From Tubulanus polymorphus (Eukaryota > Animalia > Nemertea): a stretch of DNA of 64,000 bases. This document shows, in pieces, positions 1 to 13,400 of the stretch. The DNA lies in assembly GCF_964204645.1 (NCBI RefSeq), contig NC_134029.1, positions 24,360,950 to 24,424,949 on the forward strand. Direction: 5' to 3'. Below the pieces are notes generated by a model that did not search any database, had not been told where the DNA came from, and worked only from the letters and a program-made list of their open reading frames with translations. Made by a program: the position numbers and the translations under genes. Numbering within the stretch: position 1 is the stretch's first letter; each line of letters starts with the position of its first letter.

Positions 1-50
1 TTTCAGTAATATCCGTGTTTCTGTGAGAGAACGATTTAAACGAAACGGAA

Positions 51-56
51 TTTATT
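51..56 (-). promoter_or_regulatory. Candidate AATAAA polyadenylation signal for the nAChR transcript
   Basis: TTTATT on the + strand ~830 nt past the stop codon; hexamer match only. Confidence 0.25.
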
Positions 57-889
57 ATTCCATCGTCGCACTGCGCATGCGCGTTTACAGCCATCCGCTT
101 CATCACGTGACCATGATGCAATATCGGCGGCCATTTGCGTTTGACATCGGAGAAGTCAAAGTGATTACTTCGAGGTGTTACCAAGATCATAAAATGCTAT
201 GATATCCATACACCACTGGTGCTATGTTTGGTGGCAAGTCAAGAAAGCTCGCCAGGGGTCAATGATGACGTCACTTTGATGCTAGATTGATTTGTGACGA
301 AAAGAATTTACTAGACAAATCACAAATTCAAAATTATTGAATATTCTTAGAAAAACCCAGTGAAAGTTCAACCATCTCAAATCAATGAATAACCACGATG
401 CTGAAATGACGTTGATTGAAGAGCGATGAAATTGTGAGCCCGAATTCTTTAAGATAACTGCTATTCGAAACCTCTTCCGCTGTTCGAAGGTCAAGGCAAC
501 TCTAGACGGTTCCCTACACCGCATTTACAATGTGAATATAGGGTTAGAGTTAGTGCATGATGCTAATAAGTTGAGGAATAGGTATCACGCCAAGCTATCG
601 TTCATCATCAACCAAAATCTGACTTCCCAGAGGCGGTCATTTCCGACAAGACGTCAACTCGAATTTTCCATGGCGGAAGCATATCTAGCAAACAGGAAGT
701 CGAGTTGCAGACGATTTTTCACCATTTACGGAATCCGAAGAAAGCGAAGTTATTTGAGGCACTCTCCGGTTCATCCGCTTTCAATCGCACCTCCGAAATA
801 CCCGACCGAAAACACTCGTCAAAACGTGACCAAACTTCGTTAATTTAATCAAAAAACCGCAACACAGAGATGATCAATCTCCGCATCTG

Positions 890-1479
890 TCAATCATCGT
901 CCGGTATGTGTTTGTTCTTGTACATTGGGCGGAGCAACAAGATGGCAACAGTCGAAACTGTCGTAACTATAAAAAATAACCAAAACAAAAACCGATCGAT
1001 AATAATGGCTATATCCTGCCACTCCCTGATTATGTTAATTTCGAAGTCAGCTTTTTCCTGTTTGTCGATCAGAATTCGTAAATGTCTCACAATTTCGTCG
1101 TCGGTCGAGTTGCGAGGTCGTTGACTGACCGCGTTGACGGTTATATTACCGCGCAGTTCCTTATCGCCGGTATTGTTTATACACGGACCGAGTTTCGTGC
1201 CTTCCCCGTCCGTGCCATCTTTGAACACCGTTCGAAAACTGGAAAACTGATGAGGTCGAAGCATCGGTCTGTCCTCTTCGCTACGAGCTTTTGTCTGAGC
1301 TATTCGTTCGTATTCTTTTTTATGAAGACACATCAGGCGACTGAGTCCGGCTAACACGAGGTATCGCAGCCATTGAGGCGGCCTTTTATCACCTATACCT
1401 TTGTGGTGAATGTTTAGTATAACTACGGCCGATACAACTGATATTGACGTCATCGCCATCACAACTGTCAGATATACAC
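890..1479 (-). CDS. CHRNA10-like: nAChR exon 6 (M3, intracellular loop, M4, stop)
   Basis: Lies within track ORF 890..1492. Long polypyrimidine acceptor ending tttgtttcag; TGA at 890-892. Encodes LNIHH...PPQWLR and [15 protein letters not shown]. Confidence 0.96.
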
Positions 1480-4400
1480 CTGAAACAAACAAAAAAAAAA
1501 ACAGAAGATATTACAAATTGACGGACGGCTATGAAAACAACAAGTGCAATGTCTTAAATCAAGTGCAAAAAATCTTAATTGCCTTTCCATCCCGCCCTGG
1601 TGAGAGGTCTTGTAATCGGGTTTTCGAAATTTCCGAAGTTCAACGAAGGCTAAAAAAAGGTTTTTCATCGGCATCATAGAAAGGGCTGATGATTCTTCTC
1701 GAGTACCACCACACTTTAGGATATCCGAATTCTCAATGTGTGTGTCATACATGAACTGACATTATCATTGTGTTTGTGATTTTCATCGTATCTATTGGGC
1801 ATGTTTAAATTTTCCCTGTAAGTAGCAGTTCTTTTCTCTTTTTCAATTTGCTAATATCATAGGCTAATATTTTCTTCATTTTTTCCCATACGTAGTCGGC
1901 TAATCCACCAATATCTCCTCCATTTAGAAATATCTGATTCCGGATCTTATTATTGTAGTACGATCTATAAGCCAATAGCGAAACTGAATAATGCCGTATT
2001 TTGATTACGAACCAGACTGAAGCAAAAACTCGGCGTAATGGACAAACAATCATCCATTGCGCTTCGAATTCCACGACGTATTTTATTCAGATCTGCCGGA
2101 GGTTTTTCATCTGATAAATAACAAATCCTGAGCAATATATAATAGCCAATAGTTTATCTAGATTGAATCGGGAATAATATTTTCAGTATTAATGGCAGAA
2201 TCGACTGACTGACGAGAACTCTCAGTCAATGATACGATGTTTTTTTTTCAGTGAAGGGGATTTGGTTCCATAATACACCGGGTGTTGAAACGCTACAACT
2301 GCTGCAATCCTGAAGATAATGTAATTGAAGAAGTGATGATAGATTTATTACGATTAATTGCTGGAGATAAAACCGGGAATTTCTGACGTTTCGAAGATCT
2401 AACCCTTCTTCACGGCTCACAAGAGAAACTCACAGCCTTCGATTATGAATACGTCGATGATCATAAATGGTTATGAGACTTGGTGAAATATAAAAGGCAT
2501 TTCTGGGAGAAAATCTTTGAATTCTAAAATACGTATTAATTGCCGATTCATGACCGAAACTGTATTTAAGAATTTCATAATGTTTACCGGAAAATATTCA
2601 GTTTGATAAATTCCACATTTAGCGCAATATTGATTGATAAAGTCAGATTTTTTCCATCACGAATCTAAGCATTGGAAATTATCCAAATTCCAAATTAACA
2701 TATCGGTGATAATGCTAAATCATTAGCAAATTTAGAATTTGGATTTTCACCCGATAGTACGTCAGGCAGTGCCATCTAGTAAAGCATAACGAAACTACAA
2801 ATTATTTGATAGCGAACAGACGTTTTTTTTCAATCTGAAATCAATCAAGTTATTTAACTGAACCGAATCGAAAATGCCCTTCGTACAGAAGTGAAATCAA
2901 TCTAACCAAACAGTACGGAATCGGTTACGTGATTTTTCTTCGATTTAAATTCAAATCGATTAACACTCGAAATGTCAACTTTTAAAAGGCGCCAGCGACT
3001 GATGCGGAAGTTGGTCTAACGCATGAGTTTGATCGATTTGCGATTTGCATAAAACGTCAAACGCGGAATGTGAAATAGATCCCACACCCGAGAGACGCCG
3101 ACTGCGAATTGCATAATGAAATTTGTTATTTAAAAGATTTCAAGGCGAATGCTTCCAAATCGAACGCGCAGTTAATGAAGCCGATTATATATTTCTCGAT
3201 AAGGGTTGTCATAATGGCGTCGCGCGGTGAATGGATACCGGGTATTTCGTCAATTCCGGTTTTCAGAACGGCGGCATCGCGCTGTTATCTGTAAAACCGT
3301 GTTCTGAAACACCTCTGACACACGAAACGACGAATAAATTAGATTCGTTTTTCATCAACTGCAATGAAGTGTCTTTACCCTTCACCGGGCACAGAAATGA
3401 ATGGCGTCTTGGACGCGAAACCTCGAGTCATCAATTTTACACATATCGTTTCTGAATGAAAAATCAGTTCAGTGGCGTTTTAAGGCTGAGTATTTCCTGT
3501 GACTGGGAGCATTATGATTTACTATCATACATTTACCTACGTGGAGTAATTAAAATTCTATCGAGTTATTTCTAACTCATTTTATCGTTCAAAAATTTTC
3601 AAAGTTTTTTTCGCTCCAAAATTTTTCAGAAAGAAAATGAGCACAGATTATTCACATTTTACATTAAACATATTTCATATTAGGTGGTAAAGGTATGGCC
3701 TAAGCCAGACATCAAACTCGCGTATACGATGGTGGGGTTTAGTCAAAACTTCGATACTGTCGAATTAACTATCGATAAGTTGTAGTTTCAATACGTTCTC
3801 AAATAGTATAGCAGCAAATGTAAGTAACGATTTCACAATTTTCTTTCCTTCTGAAAACTTGGAATTCTTCATTTCGAATATTGTTAAATCGATTTTTATT
3901 GATTGATTGTCAAATCGATTTTTTTCTACGGAATCATTGATGTTGCGCGGGGAGCTTGAAATACAACGAAAAAAGCGATTGCGACAATTTTGAAAATTTA
4001 GATTATTCAGCGACAGGTTTTGTGGTGATGAAGATGATTAATGTTTGACAGATTTACGTGAATTCCCATTCGAGTCGACACTTTAAAATCTCTCCTCGTC
4101 ATCGGAGTGGGAAGGTTTTGAAATAGTCACAGACGTGTTAAAACCGAGGACTCGTAAAAACATAAATCAAAACGAAAGAAAGATAACAACAACCGACGCG
4201 CGGCTATTTCAGGTTAGTTTTAAAGACACGATCATTACGGTGAAGATACTGCGGTAAGAAAGTGCTATCAGGTGTCAGATGACATTAGAATGTCCGTCAG
4301 AATGACGCACATAGATTTATCAGATCGAAAAAATAAGTATTTTTTCTTCATCGACGCGCAGTTCATGAAAAATCGATAGTGCCGACACCGGGTAATATGA

Positions 4401-7400
4401 ATAAACGTATCGATAGAGTATTGGTTTATTCGGTGGAAGAAATGTCTTATTATTTTCATTATCAAAGTTTGAAATACTTCAAATTCATATCTGAAATATA
4501 GTCTGAATACAACGATATTTGAGTGAAATTTACATATAAAACATTCCTTCCATACGACGCCAAGTGAAGTGCTAACGATCCTCGATCCTCGATAGTCGAT
4601 CCTCGATAGTCGATCCTCGATAGTCGATCCTCGATAGTCGATCCTCGAAGTATCTTCGACACGACATAAGTTTTATCGTTTAAATTATGCACAATAGATG
4701 AATATGAAAAATTAATCCGTTCCATGAACTTGTGAATTATTCAGAATAATTCATTTAGTAACATTTCCTACTTTTATAATTGTTTCGTATATTTTTCTAA
4801 ACGTTCTGCACACAGACAGTATCGATTTGCGTTAAAGTGTTTGCAGTGAAGCTTTCGCGGACAGAAATTAGGTCACCGCTAACCGGGTCAACTAATCATT
4901 GGTAAGTCACCTAATGCCATCTAGCGGCGAACGATAACAATATTTCATGAGTCATCTTTCGAATGGATAAGTTGATATTTTTTCTGTGTATTCAAAAATC
5001 TTTCCAGTATAATTTTGCGAGACATCTTTGCAGACCAAATCTGTTACTGAATGAATTGCTTTAGCAAATTCGATTAAGGGGGTTGTGTAAGGATGAAATT
5101 TTAGCTATTCAAAAATACAAAATGCCAATCTCTAAAATGTCTTCGGCGTTTATTAATTGTGTAGTTTTCGATGGTTTTCAGTACCAGCTTGTTACGTGAT
5201 GTAATTACAGTTTCAAACAAAAATAGCAACAATTTTCAACGCAGGAGGGAGAGGGAGAGGGAGAGGGAGAGGGAGAGGGAGAGGGAGAGGGAGAGGGAGA
5301 GGGAGAGGGAGAGGGAGAGGGAGAGGGAGAGGGAGAGGGAGAGGGAGAGGGAGAGGGAGAGGGAGAGGGAGAGGGAGAGGGAGAGGGAGAGGGAGAGGGA
5401 GAGGGAGAGGGAGAGGGAGAGGGAGAGGGAGAGGGAGAGGGAGAGGGAGAGGGAGAGGGAGAGGGAGAGGGAGAGGGAGAGGGAGAGGGAGAGGGAGAGG
5501 GAGAGGGAGAGGGAGAGGGAGAGGGAGAGGGAGAGGGAGAGGGAGAGGGAGAGGGAGAGGGAGAGGGAGTGGGAGGGGGAGGGGGAGGGGGAGGGGGAGG
5601 GGGAGGGGGAGGGGGAGGGGGAGGGGGAGGGGGAGGGGGAGGGGGGAGGGGGAGGGGGAGGGGGAGGGGGAGGGGGAGGGGGAGGGGAGGGGGAGGGAGA
5701 GGAGAGGGAGAGGGAGAGGGGAGAGGGAGAGGGAGAGGGAGAGGGAGAGGGGAGAGGGAGAGGGAGAGGGAGAGGGAGAGGGAGAGGGAGAGGGAGAGGG
5801 AGAGGGAGAGGGAGAGGGAGAGGGAGAGGGAGAGGGAGAGGGAGAGGGAGAGGGAGAGGGAGAGGGAGTGGGAGAGAGACCGATTCTTAACGACCTCAAG
5901 CGCTTACGAATCTAAATCACAATTAACATTGAATATTCTATCAGGATTTAAGAGCTGAAACTAATGCGTATTGTTATTAACAATTCAAGCGAATAAATCA
6001 TAAATTTTAATATAAAACTGGGTATAATTGAGGTAATTTAATAACCATATCAGCTCAGGACCATTAGCTGGTGCGCCATATCAAACCGGGTTACAATTGG
6101 CATGCGAATTATCATGAATAATCTTCTATTTCACTGATTCTCAACTCGGTTTCTGTTCGACTCAGTGAAATATCTATATCATCGCTACCGAGGTCCCTGA
6201 TTCTTAACTCAATTTGAAATATTTGCAATCCCCGTAATAAGACGGCTAGTTTTACTGTACGGAACTATATTCAGTAATGAATAGAGATGTTTAACACTGT
6301 GATGATATTAACTCGTGGCGCTGTGTTTTTTTCTCATTAACTGATGAGAAATAATCTCGTAATTATTTATAGCTACAGACTGTTAGATGACGCACACATT
6401 GCCTCCGGTTACGCACAGATTACCAAAGGTTCGACTGTTCAGATATCATTCTATATGTATGTTTATAGATACGTAAAACAAGGGTGGATCCACGGCGGAC
6501 TTGTGATGAGACTTGCACGAGTCCATCAAAGTTTTTTTGGTTGCCTTTTTTAATTTTGTCGACAACGATGACTGGCGTATTTTAGTGCAGGAGTCCACGT
6601 GATATTGCCTTTTTGGATGAAAAAGTGCCCTTTTGGGACAGGACAAGCCATCAGAATGGCATCTGCATAGAAAAGTGTGTCCCAAATGTGAAGGCACGAA
6701 AACTTCGTCGAGCATGAAATACAAAGGAAATGATGATTTTTGAAAATGCACATATTCTGGACACTTGATGTCAACAAGTTTTCGAGATTAGCCGTACATA
6801 ACAACATTGGATAATCAGAGGATTTACAAACTTTGAGGGGGGAGGTGCCTTTCATGTCAATCATTTATACGATTTTAGCCACCGATATGGCGTGCTGGTC
6901 GAGCCGAAAAACCACATGGCTGCAAGACCTCGATACAGTATTAAAACATCGACTCTAAAACAAATTCGTTCATTATCAAACTTCCTCGTAAACTGAGTCC
7001 CCCGAAGAATAATAGAAACTATTTCTTAAGCTCTCATATTTTGAGCCGTAAGAAGTATTTTGTGTAACTGGGTGTTGAGCCGATTACTGATTCACTCCAG
7101 GAAATCAAATCTTTCAAATGGCGCCTTGGATTTATTTTATGAACTTTGCCTTTAACGATGTCGGTATGGACTGGGTTAATTCCTCATTACTTTGATCGTA
7201 TTGAAGCCGGCGCGCTTTGGGACCAGTTGGTTCATTTTTTTCTAAACTTACCAATCAACGGTGCGAACTCGGAAGTAGGCGGCATGCTTTCGGCAATAAG
7301 CAGCATGAATACAGAAAAGGCCAACAATACAGTCAAACCAAGAGTGACTTTCTCTCCGCTGTCAGGTGGAAGCATAAATCCAACTAGAGTTAAGGAAGAT

Positions 7401-10400
7401 AGCAAAACACATGGAACTATCACATTGAACGTGTAGTACAGAGTTCGACGCCGTAGATGCAGATAAAACGTCACATCCGGAAACGGTTCGTCGCAACACG
7501 GATACCGTATCACGTGACGTCGTACTTTAGTCTCGACTAGTTCCCATTCGCCGTGGTCGACATAGTTCGACAAGTCGACGTTATGCGTTCTGTTAGTTAC
7601 GTCCACCTGATAACCGTCGTAGGCCCACGAGCCCATTTTCAATTTACAGATTTGATCATCGAACGGAAAGTAGGTTATATCCAGTTTGCATGAGCTGCGT
7701 AGACGGACGATCGGCGGCCAGAAAACGTTCCCGTTTGCTCCTACCATCGATAAAGCCTTCATATATCCTTTTGAATAGTCGTCAACACTAAATAACAATA
7801 ACACAATCATTAGATTTAATTCAGATTCTTATATCAAGCTATTTCAATAAAATACGTTTACGGGAGCACCCTGGAGGGTACATGTTGGTATAAGGAATAT
7901 TTTCGACGGTTATTCCCAGTTAGAAAACGAACCTTGATGAAATTACTTTTTTTAATGAAAAAGCCAGTTTTTTCAAACCGAGCCCCGGGATACTTTCATA
8001 AAATCATTTTAGCGCTGATATTATCGATCCGTTCATTCTTATACGGAAAACAGATTTGCGCGGAAAATGGAATTACTCAAACACATTATGTTTCAATTAG
8101 AAATGAGAACAGCTGCGGTAGATCTCAGTAACAGACCTTACCTGTTATACAGCACTATATCTGGACGCCATATAAATGTGCACGGTATTCTAATCATACT
8201 CAGTCCTCCGAAATCATCTGGATTCCAAATCAACTTTTGGTCGATCCATTCCTGAAATTATATACATCGAAAATATTTACTCATTTAAGAAGATCTTATT
8301 TCATTCTGTTCTACATGGTTTAGATGGTATATTTTGTATGTTTACTTCTTACACAATCCGTCCTTAGATAATGCAGGAATAGTAGTTTCATGTTATAAGA
8401 AATACGTAGTAATAACATAAATCTTGCATGAATGTATACAGATATACGAAATTCTTTTTTAAATATCGATGATGTCACTAATGAAAGTAAGATATCTGAT
8501 TACAATGGACGTATTATTTGAGAGACATCATCTCATCAGATATTCCGACTGCATTTAAACTGTTTTTCAAGTCGTTGTGGTAGAAATAGTTATAGCTCAG
8601 TTAGCGATGCGGTGACTCAGTTCATACGGCACGAGGGTCATTAGTTTCACCTTTACTTACATCAAACACTGATACGTCACCAGTGTTCACTAATTACCGC
8701 ATCCTTGGAAAATGACAATAGGCGATAAGGAGGTAATAACTGTACACAGTACGAGTCGTTTATACGCTCGTTAACCGTAGAGGTCACCTTCAATATATAC
8801 CGCAGAATTCAGATCCACAGTTATCGGCTCAAATTTGATTCTAAGGTTGAAAATGAACTTATCTTAACTCTATAAAGAATCAAATTAAATCGTGCACTGG
8901 GTCCTGAACTTTAAGCAGGTATTTATATATTCATATTCAAGTAAAATCTGGACAAGAAAAATCAATTAACTGAATATCGCTGGCGCTTAATGGTCTCGGG
9001 AAATATTTCAAATCTCGTGCAAGTTTTTTTAAATAGTTCTCACCTGATCAAGCCAGATATTTAGTGTTAGCACCTGGTTGCGTTCATCCTGTAATATAAA
9101 AACAAGAAACAAAAACAAACATTATTTCATCATATCACGCAATCCGCTGAGATCAGCACGACATTGACAGTCGCTGTACTACACAGAACAACTCGTGAAA
9201 AACTGTTCACCTTTCACAGAAAAAAACAACCAAATAACATTTCTATTAGTGGCCATCGCGTGCAAGACGCCTCTACTCAAACCGTGTGCTCGACTTGTTG
9301 GTCTTAATCTAGAAGATGTTTATTCATCGACAAGACGAAGAAGTCTTTTAATAATACAGGAGTAACCCCGCACAGAGTCCGCGGGACCTGTGTGCGCCAA
9401 CATCAATTGACCGCAGAACTGTTTCATCGCTCCGCGTACTCAGCAAATTACTCTTCCAACACGTAAAGCTAAAGTGCAATAGTCAAAAATGTATGATTAT
9501 AGAAAAAGACACAGATGTGTATAAACCAATAACGGGATGCATCAAGATGAAAGCCTTCAGTTGTTTGATGGCTTTAGGGCTAATAACATCGCAACCACTG
9601 ACTGTTCGACCTGTCTCGCTGTAACCTTGCGTATAGATATGTTTTATTTTTTGTTGACGCCTCCAGATACAAACCACTGCGACAATCTTTTTATTTCATT
9701 TTTTATCCGTGTGTGTAAATGTATTTCTAGATGTGGTCGAGCCGTAAATCGATTCCGTGTCGGTAGGAAGGGGAGGAATCTAATTTCAGAGTTTTCTATG
9801 CTTGGTGTAAATAGTTCACACCCCGCAATCTGGAGGCTGTTCCTGTTTGGTCGAAAACAGTAATTTTTTTTAAAAACCTTTCTAAGTTTTTCAACTGAAT
9901 TTCAGCCCCTTTTATTTGGCCACGTGGTGATGCCATGTATTGGAATTTTATTTTTGGAAATTTTGACATTTCTCCTCAAGTTGCTAAGCTTTAGTTTGTC
10001 AGTTTTCTGGACGATCGGTGAAGTTCCAAACATCTTTAGCTCTCAGTTTATATTCATTTATGAATGAAATTATGATTCACCAAAACACTGTGGAACTGTC
10101 TCGATCCGCAGTTCAACAATATGACAGTTCGAAACGGTCGCGTGTCTCAAGGCTTTCGATCAAAACCAGCGCGTCAGAGATTGTGAAGTAAATGAGCTGT
10201 ACGGGTGAAGATCCGTTTGATGGACTGAGGATAATCGCAGTAGAATCATGAGTTCGGCACGCAGATCGTAGAAAGCTGTTAGATAAGGCAATTTGATCAC
10301 TGTTCGGGTGGGATGCTTACTGTTAATCGACCGTGACGTAGCCTTCGACCGTAATACGGTTTCGGGATTTTATGCGATTCGATTGTGCGAACAAACGCTT

Positions 10401-13400
10401 CCTAACGAACTGATATTAGTTCCAATGACAGAACGGGTCGAGGTCTTGCACGCGTGCGCGTCGAGATGAGGCTCTAGCGCCTGAAAACAATCAATTATGA
10501 TTGATCGTTGATGACGAGGTGAAGAATTGACCAAAAATATTTCATGGTTACTGATATAATCTATACTGATATAGGTCATTGCATTTCACAAATCGATCCT
10601 GTTTGGAGGAAATAGAAAATATTCATAGATTTTGATATTCAATTTCTCTGCTGACAGCTTTTAGAATGTGCAAGTTCGAATATGTGAAGCGGAATTTGCG
10701 CAAAGTGCAGTTCTTTCAATGTACCGTTTTTGTACTGAATTATAAAGTATGTAAAAAGTATATGAACGAAATAAGCCACGGGGGAAAGACGATTTAAGCC
10801 CTACGTCATCGACGAACTTTTCATCTATGTCTTCACAAGTCTTTTCAAAGAACTAGACTTAAAACTGGGTCTTGTATCTTTTTCTTTGATTATTTTTTCT
10901 CTGAGGGTTCGCAAAAAGAAGCTTGACAAATATCTATTTTTGACGGACGGCGCCATGTCTGTTGATTTCCGATATATTTTTCTCTGCCTCCCTCTTATTC
11001 GATTTGTATTTTACTGACTCATGAACTCTCCGCTATTTTCCGAATTGGTTTTTTTTCCTCCGTGGCGCGGTGGTTATTCGTGCATAATAGCGACGACGAT
11101 GATAGACGCTAAGGATGAAAAGCTTCTGATTAGAGAAACTTTCACAATATTCTTATCACCGATTATTGCGATATAGACTTGATTCACCGCAATCAACCTC
11201 GTCTTATTGTGGGATATTTATTATTTGACGTCGTGAAAACCGTTACAATAATGTTTATATTTACATCGATACAGCGTTAATTGAGGAGTTTGAGGAGTTC
11301 TGTGTGAGTCGATGCGCACTACGTCATCGATATCGGCGTTTCAAAATAACAATAACAATCACTTACCACGTCAAATATTTGAGTTAATGTAATTCCTAGT
11401 CGAACTTCAACCGGATCTGAAGCATTATAAACTGGTCGGACGGCCTTTTCATATCCTAACATTAATTTCGCCAGTAACCTCTGTTCATCTGACTGCCTTT
11501 TTCGTCCTGCAAAAAAGAGAGTTTTTGGATGAAGGGACGGTCAATCGTTCACCAAAATGGAATCGTCTATAGTCTCAAAATAGAAAATTATCTAAAAAAC
11601 CCCAAAAAAGTCTCTCGCGGCCATAAGTCTGGTGGGTAACCCTTGATTCGAACCCGGGACCTCTCATTGCCAGCCAAACGCCCTGACCATGTGTTGTACG
11701 TTTGTCTGATCAGCTATGGTGCTGATTACAAGAGTTTTAAAAGATAAATTCTAACTTTCACAGTTTAACGACTGAAAGAGAGAAAAATAATGTTTTATGG
11801 AGTTCCAAAATTGGAAAACGTTTTTAACGTACCCAGAAACCAGGAGTAAGATAAACTGTTGTAAGGACTTGATTTACGGGTGATAAAATAGTTACGTAAA
11901 AGTTTTTCCAATGTCTTATCAAACTTTAGGACGAACTTAAATGACGTCAACTTGTGCAAAGATAAAACTGTAACTTCACAGATTTAGAGGCGAATGTCGC
12001 GAGGAATACTAATAATTTCTTTTTTTTTGGTAAGATTTCCTATCATTCACATCGAGTCACTCAGTGTCAGTAGTCGTAACATTTCCCTTTGCCGGTCTGG
12101 TGAAGCTTTTATTTGAACGTAAATCAAGCAAATTGTCGCTGTTTACCGAAACAAGTCGAATTCGCGTGGCTTTATTGGTGCGGTTTAATATATCTTGGCG
12201 ATAAAAGAGAAAAAACCCGGCGCACTGTCGATTTTTCTTCGATATTTCTCCGAATCGATTTAGCAATGGTTCCGCGATAAATTTATAAGCGAATGACTGT
12301 CGTTTATTGATCTCGATAAACACAGTATATTGACCCCTATAACTCGTACGCTAGTCGCGTCACTAATAAACCGCCCGGTGATTGGTCGATTGTGTCTTCA
12401 TCACCGCTGACAATTATTTGACCCCTAGCGGTAGTCCGGCGAACTATCAAACGCCTCAGAACGATTTTCCTTATATATGAGTTGATTGGTCATTGTTTCA
12501 TTTGATGACAAAGCCACCAACAACAGCAGATTATTACAAAAAAACTCTTACGACGTATTCAGTTGATCCAATGATAAATTAACAACACGTGACATAAGTG
12601 ACGGTTTGTTTTTGAAAATTAACGGTGAAAGATGAAATGATATCCGCGTTAGATTCAAAGGTTTTAAAACGATCAATCGGAAAACGACATTTCATAATCA
12701 AGCCTCGTTCACGAGAAATCCGTTATTTTAATCTTGTTTATGAAATAAAAGCGGCCCGTATGTTTCACTCGATGTAGATTACATCGGCTGAAATCAGTAA
12801 ACCGCTAACGGAACGTCGATGATATTACAAGCTCGAGGAAACATTTTGTTTGTGCTTTACGACGTTTGGATTTTGGCTTCCCAGACATTCAGTAAACAGA
12901 GATCCGTAGAGATTCATTTTTCTTCATTTCGAATATCAGCGAGGTCATTTTATTGTTTTCTCCGGAAGGTCAGATTTCTATTCATATGACTGTAATCCTT
13001 ACTCATAAACAATTTTAATCACTGCCGCACAAATTACAGAAAACATACTCAAATATCAACACGGTCTAAATAAAGATATGGAGAATCTTGAAATATATAT
13101 CGAAGGTTGTGAATCGGAATTTTAGTAAGATATTTCCCGCTAATCCGTGATAATCCCCACCAATGTCCCTAATCACATCTAAAACATATTCGTTCGTTAT
13201 ATTTACAAACGGTATAACAACAAGAACCGAACGGTCGATTCGAGCTTTCGTCTCGTCCACTTTTATACTCGGTCGAAGAAAAGAAGTTGACGTGTAATTT
13301 CTAAGTTAATGAGAATCGTGTTTTGATGAAGAAAAACTTAACGAATCGTCGAGGGAAGTTGTACGTTGAGCACTTTGTCAATAATAAGACATCACGGCGC

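Noticed and set aside
5171-5958. Long ORFs encoding RE/EG/PL/SP repeats (also 53145-53690, 55467-56128, 58848-59250, 50037-50268)
   Set aside because: They are translations of microsatellites that lack stop codons; no domain or splice support.
6341-6366. CTGATGA...CTCGTAA as another hammerhead
   Set aside because: The second core box is GTAA rather than GAAA, stem II is weak, and there is no stem I or III.
6446-6864. Overlapping ~100-aa minus-strand ORFs in the last nAChR intron
   Set aside because: No recognisable domain and not needed for the in-frame nAChR model; more likely a repeat insertion.
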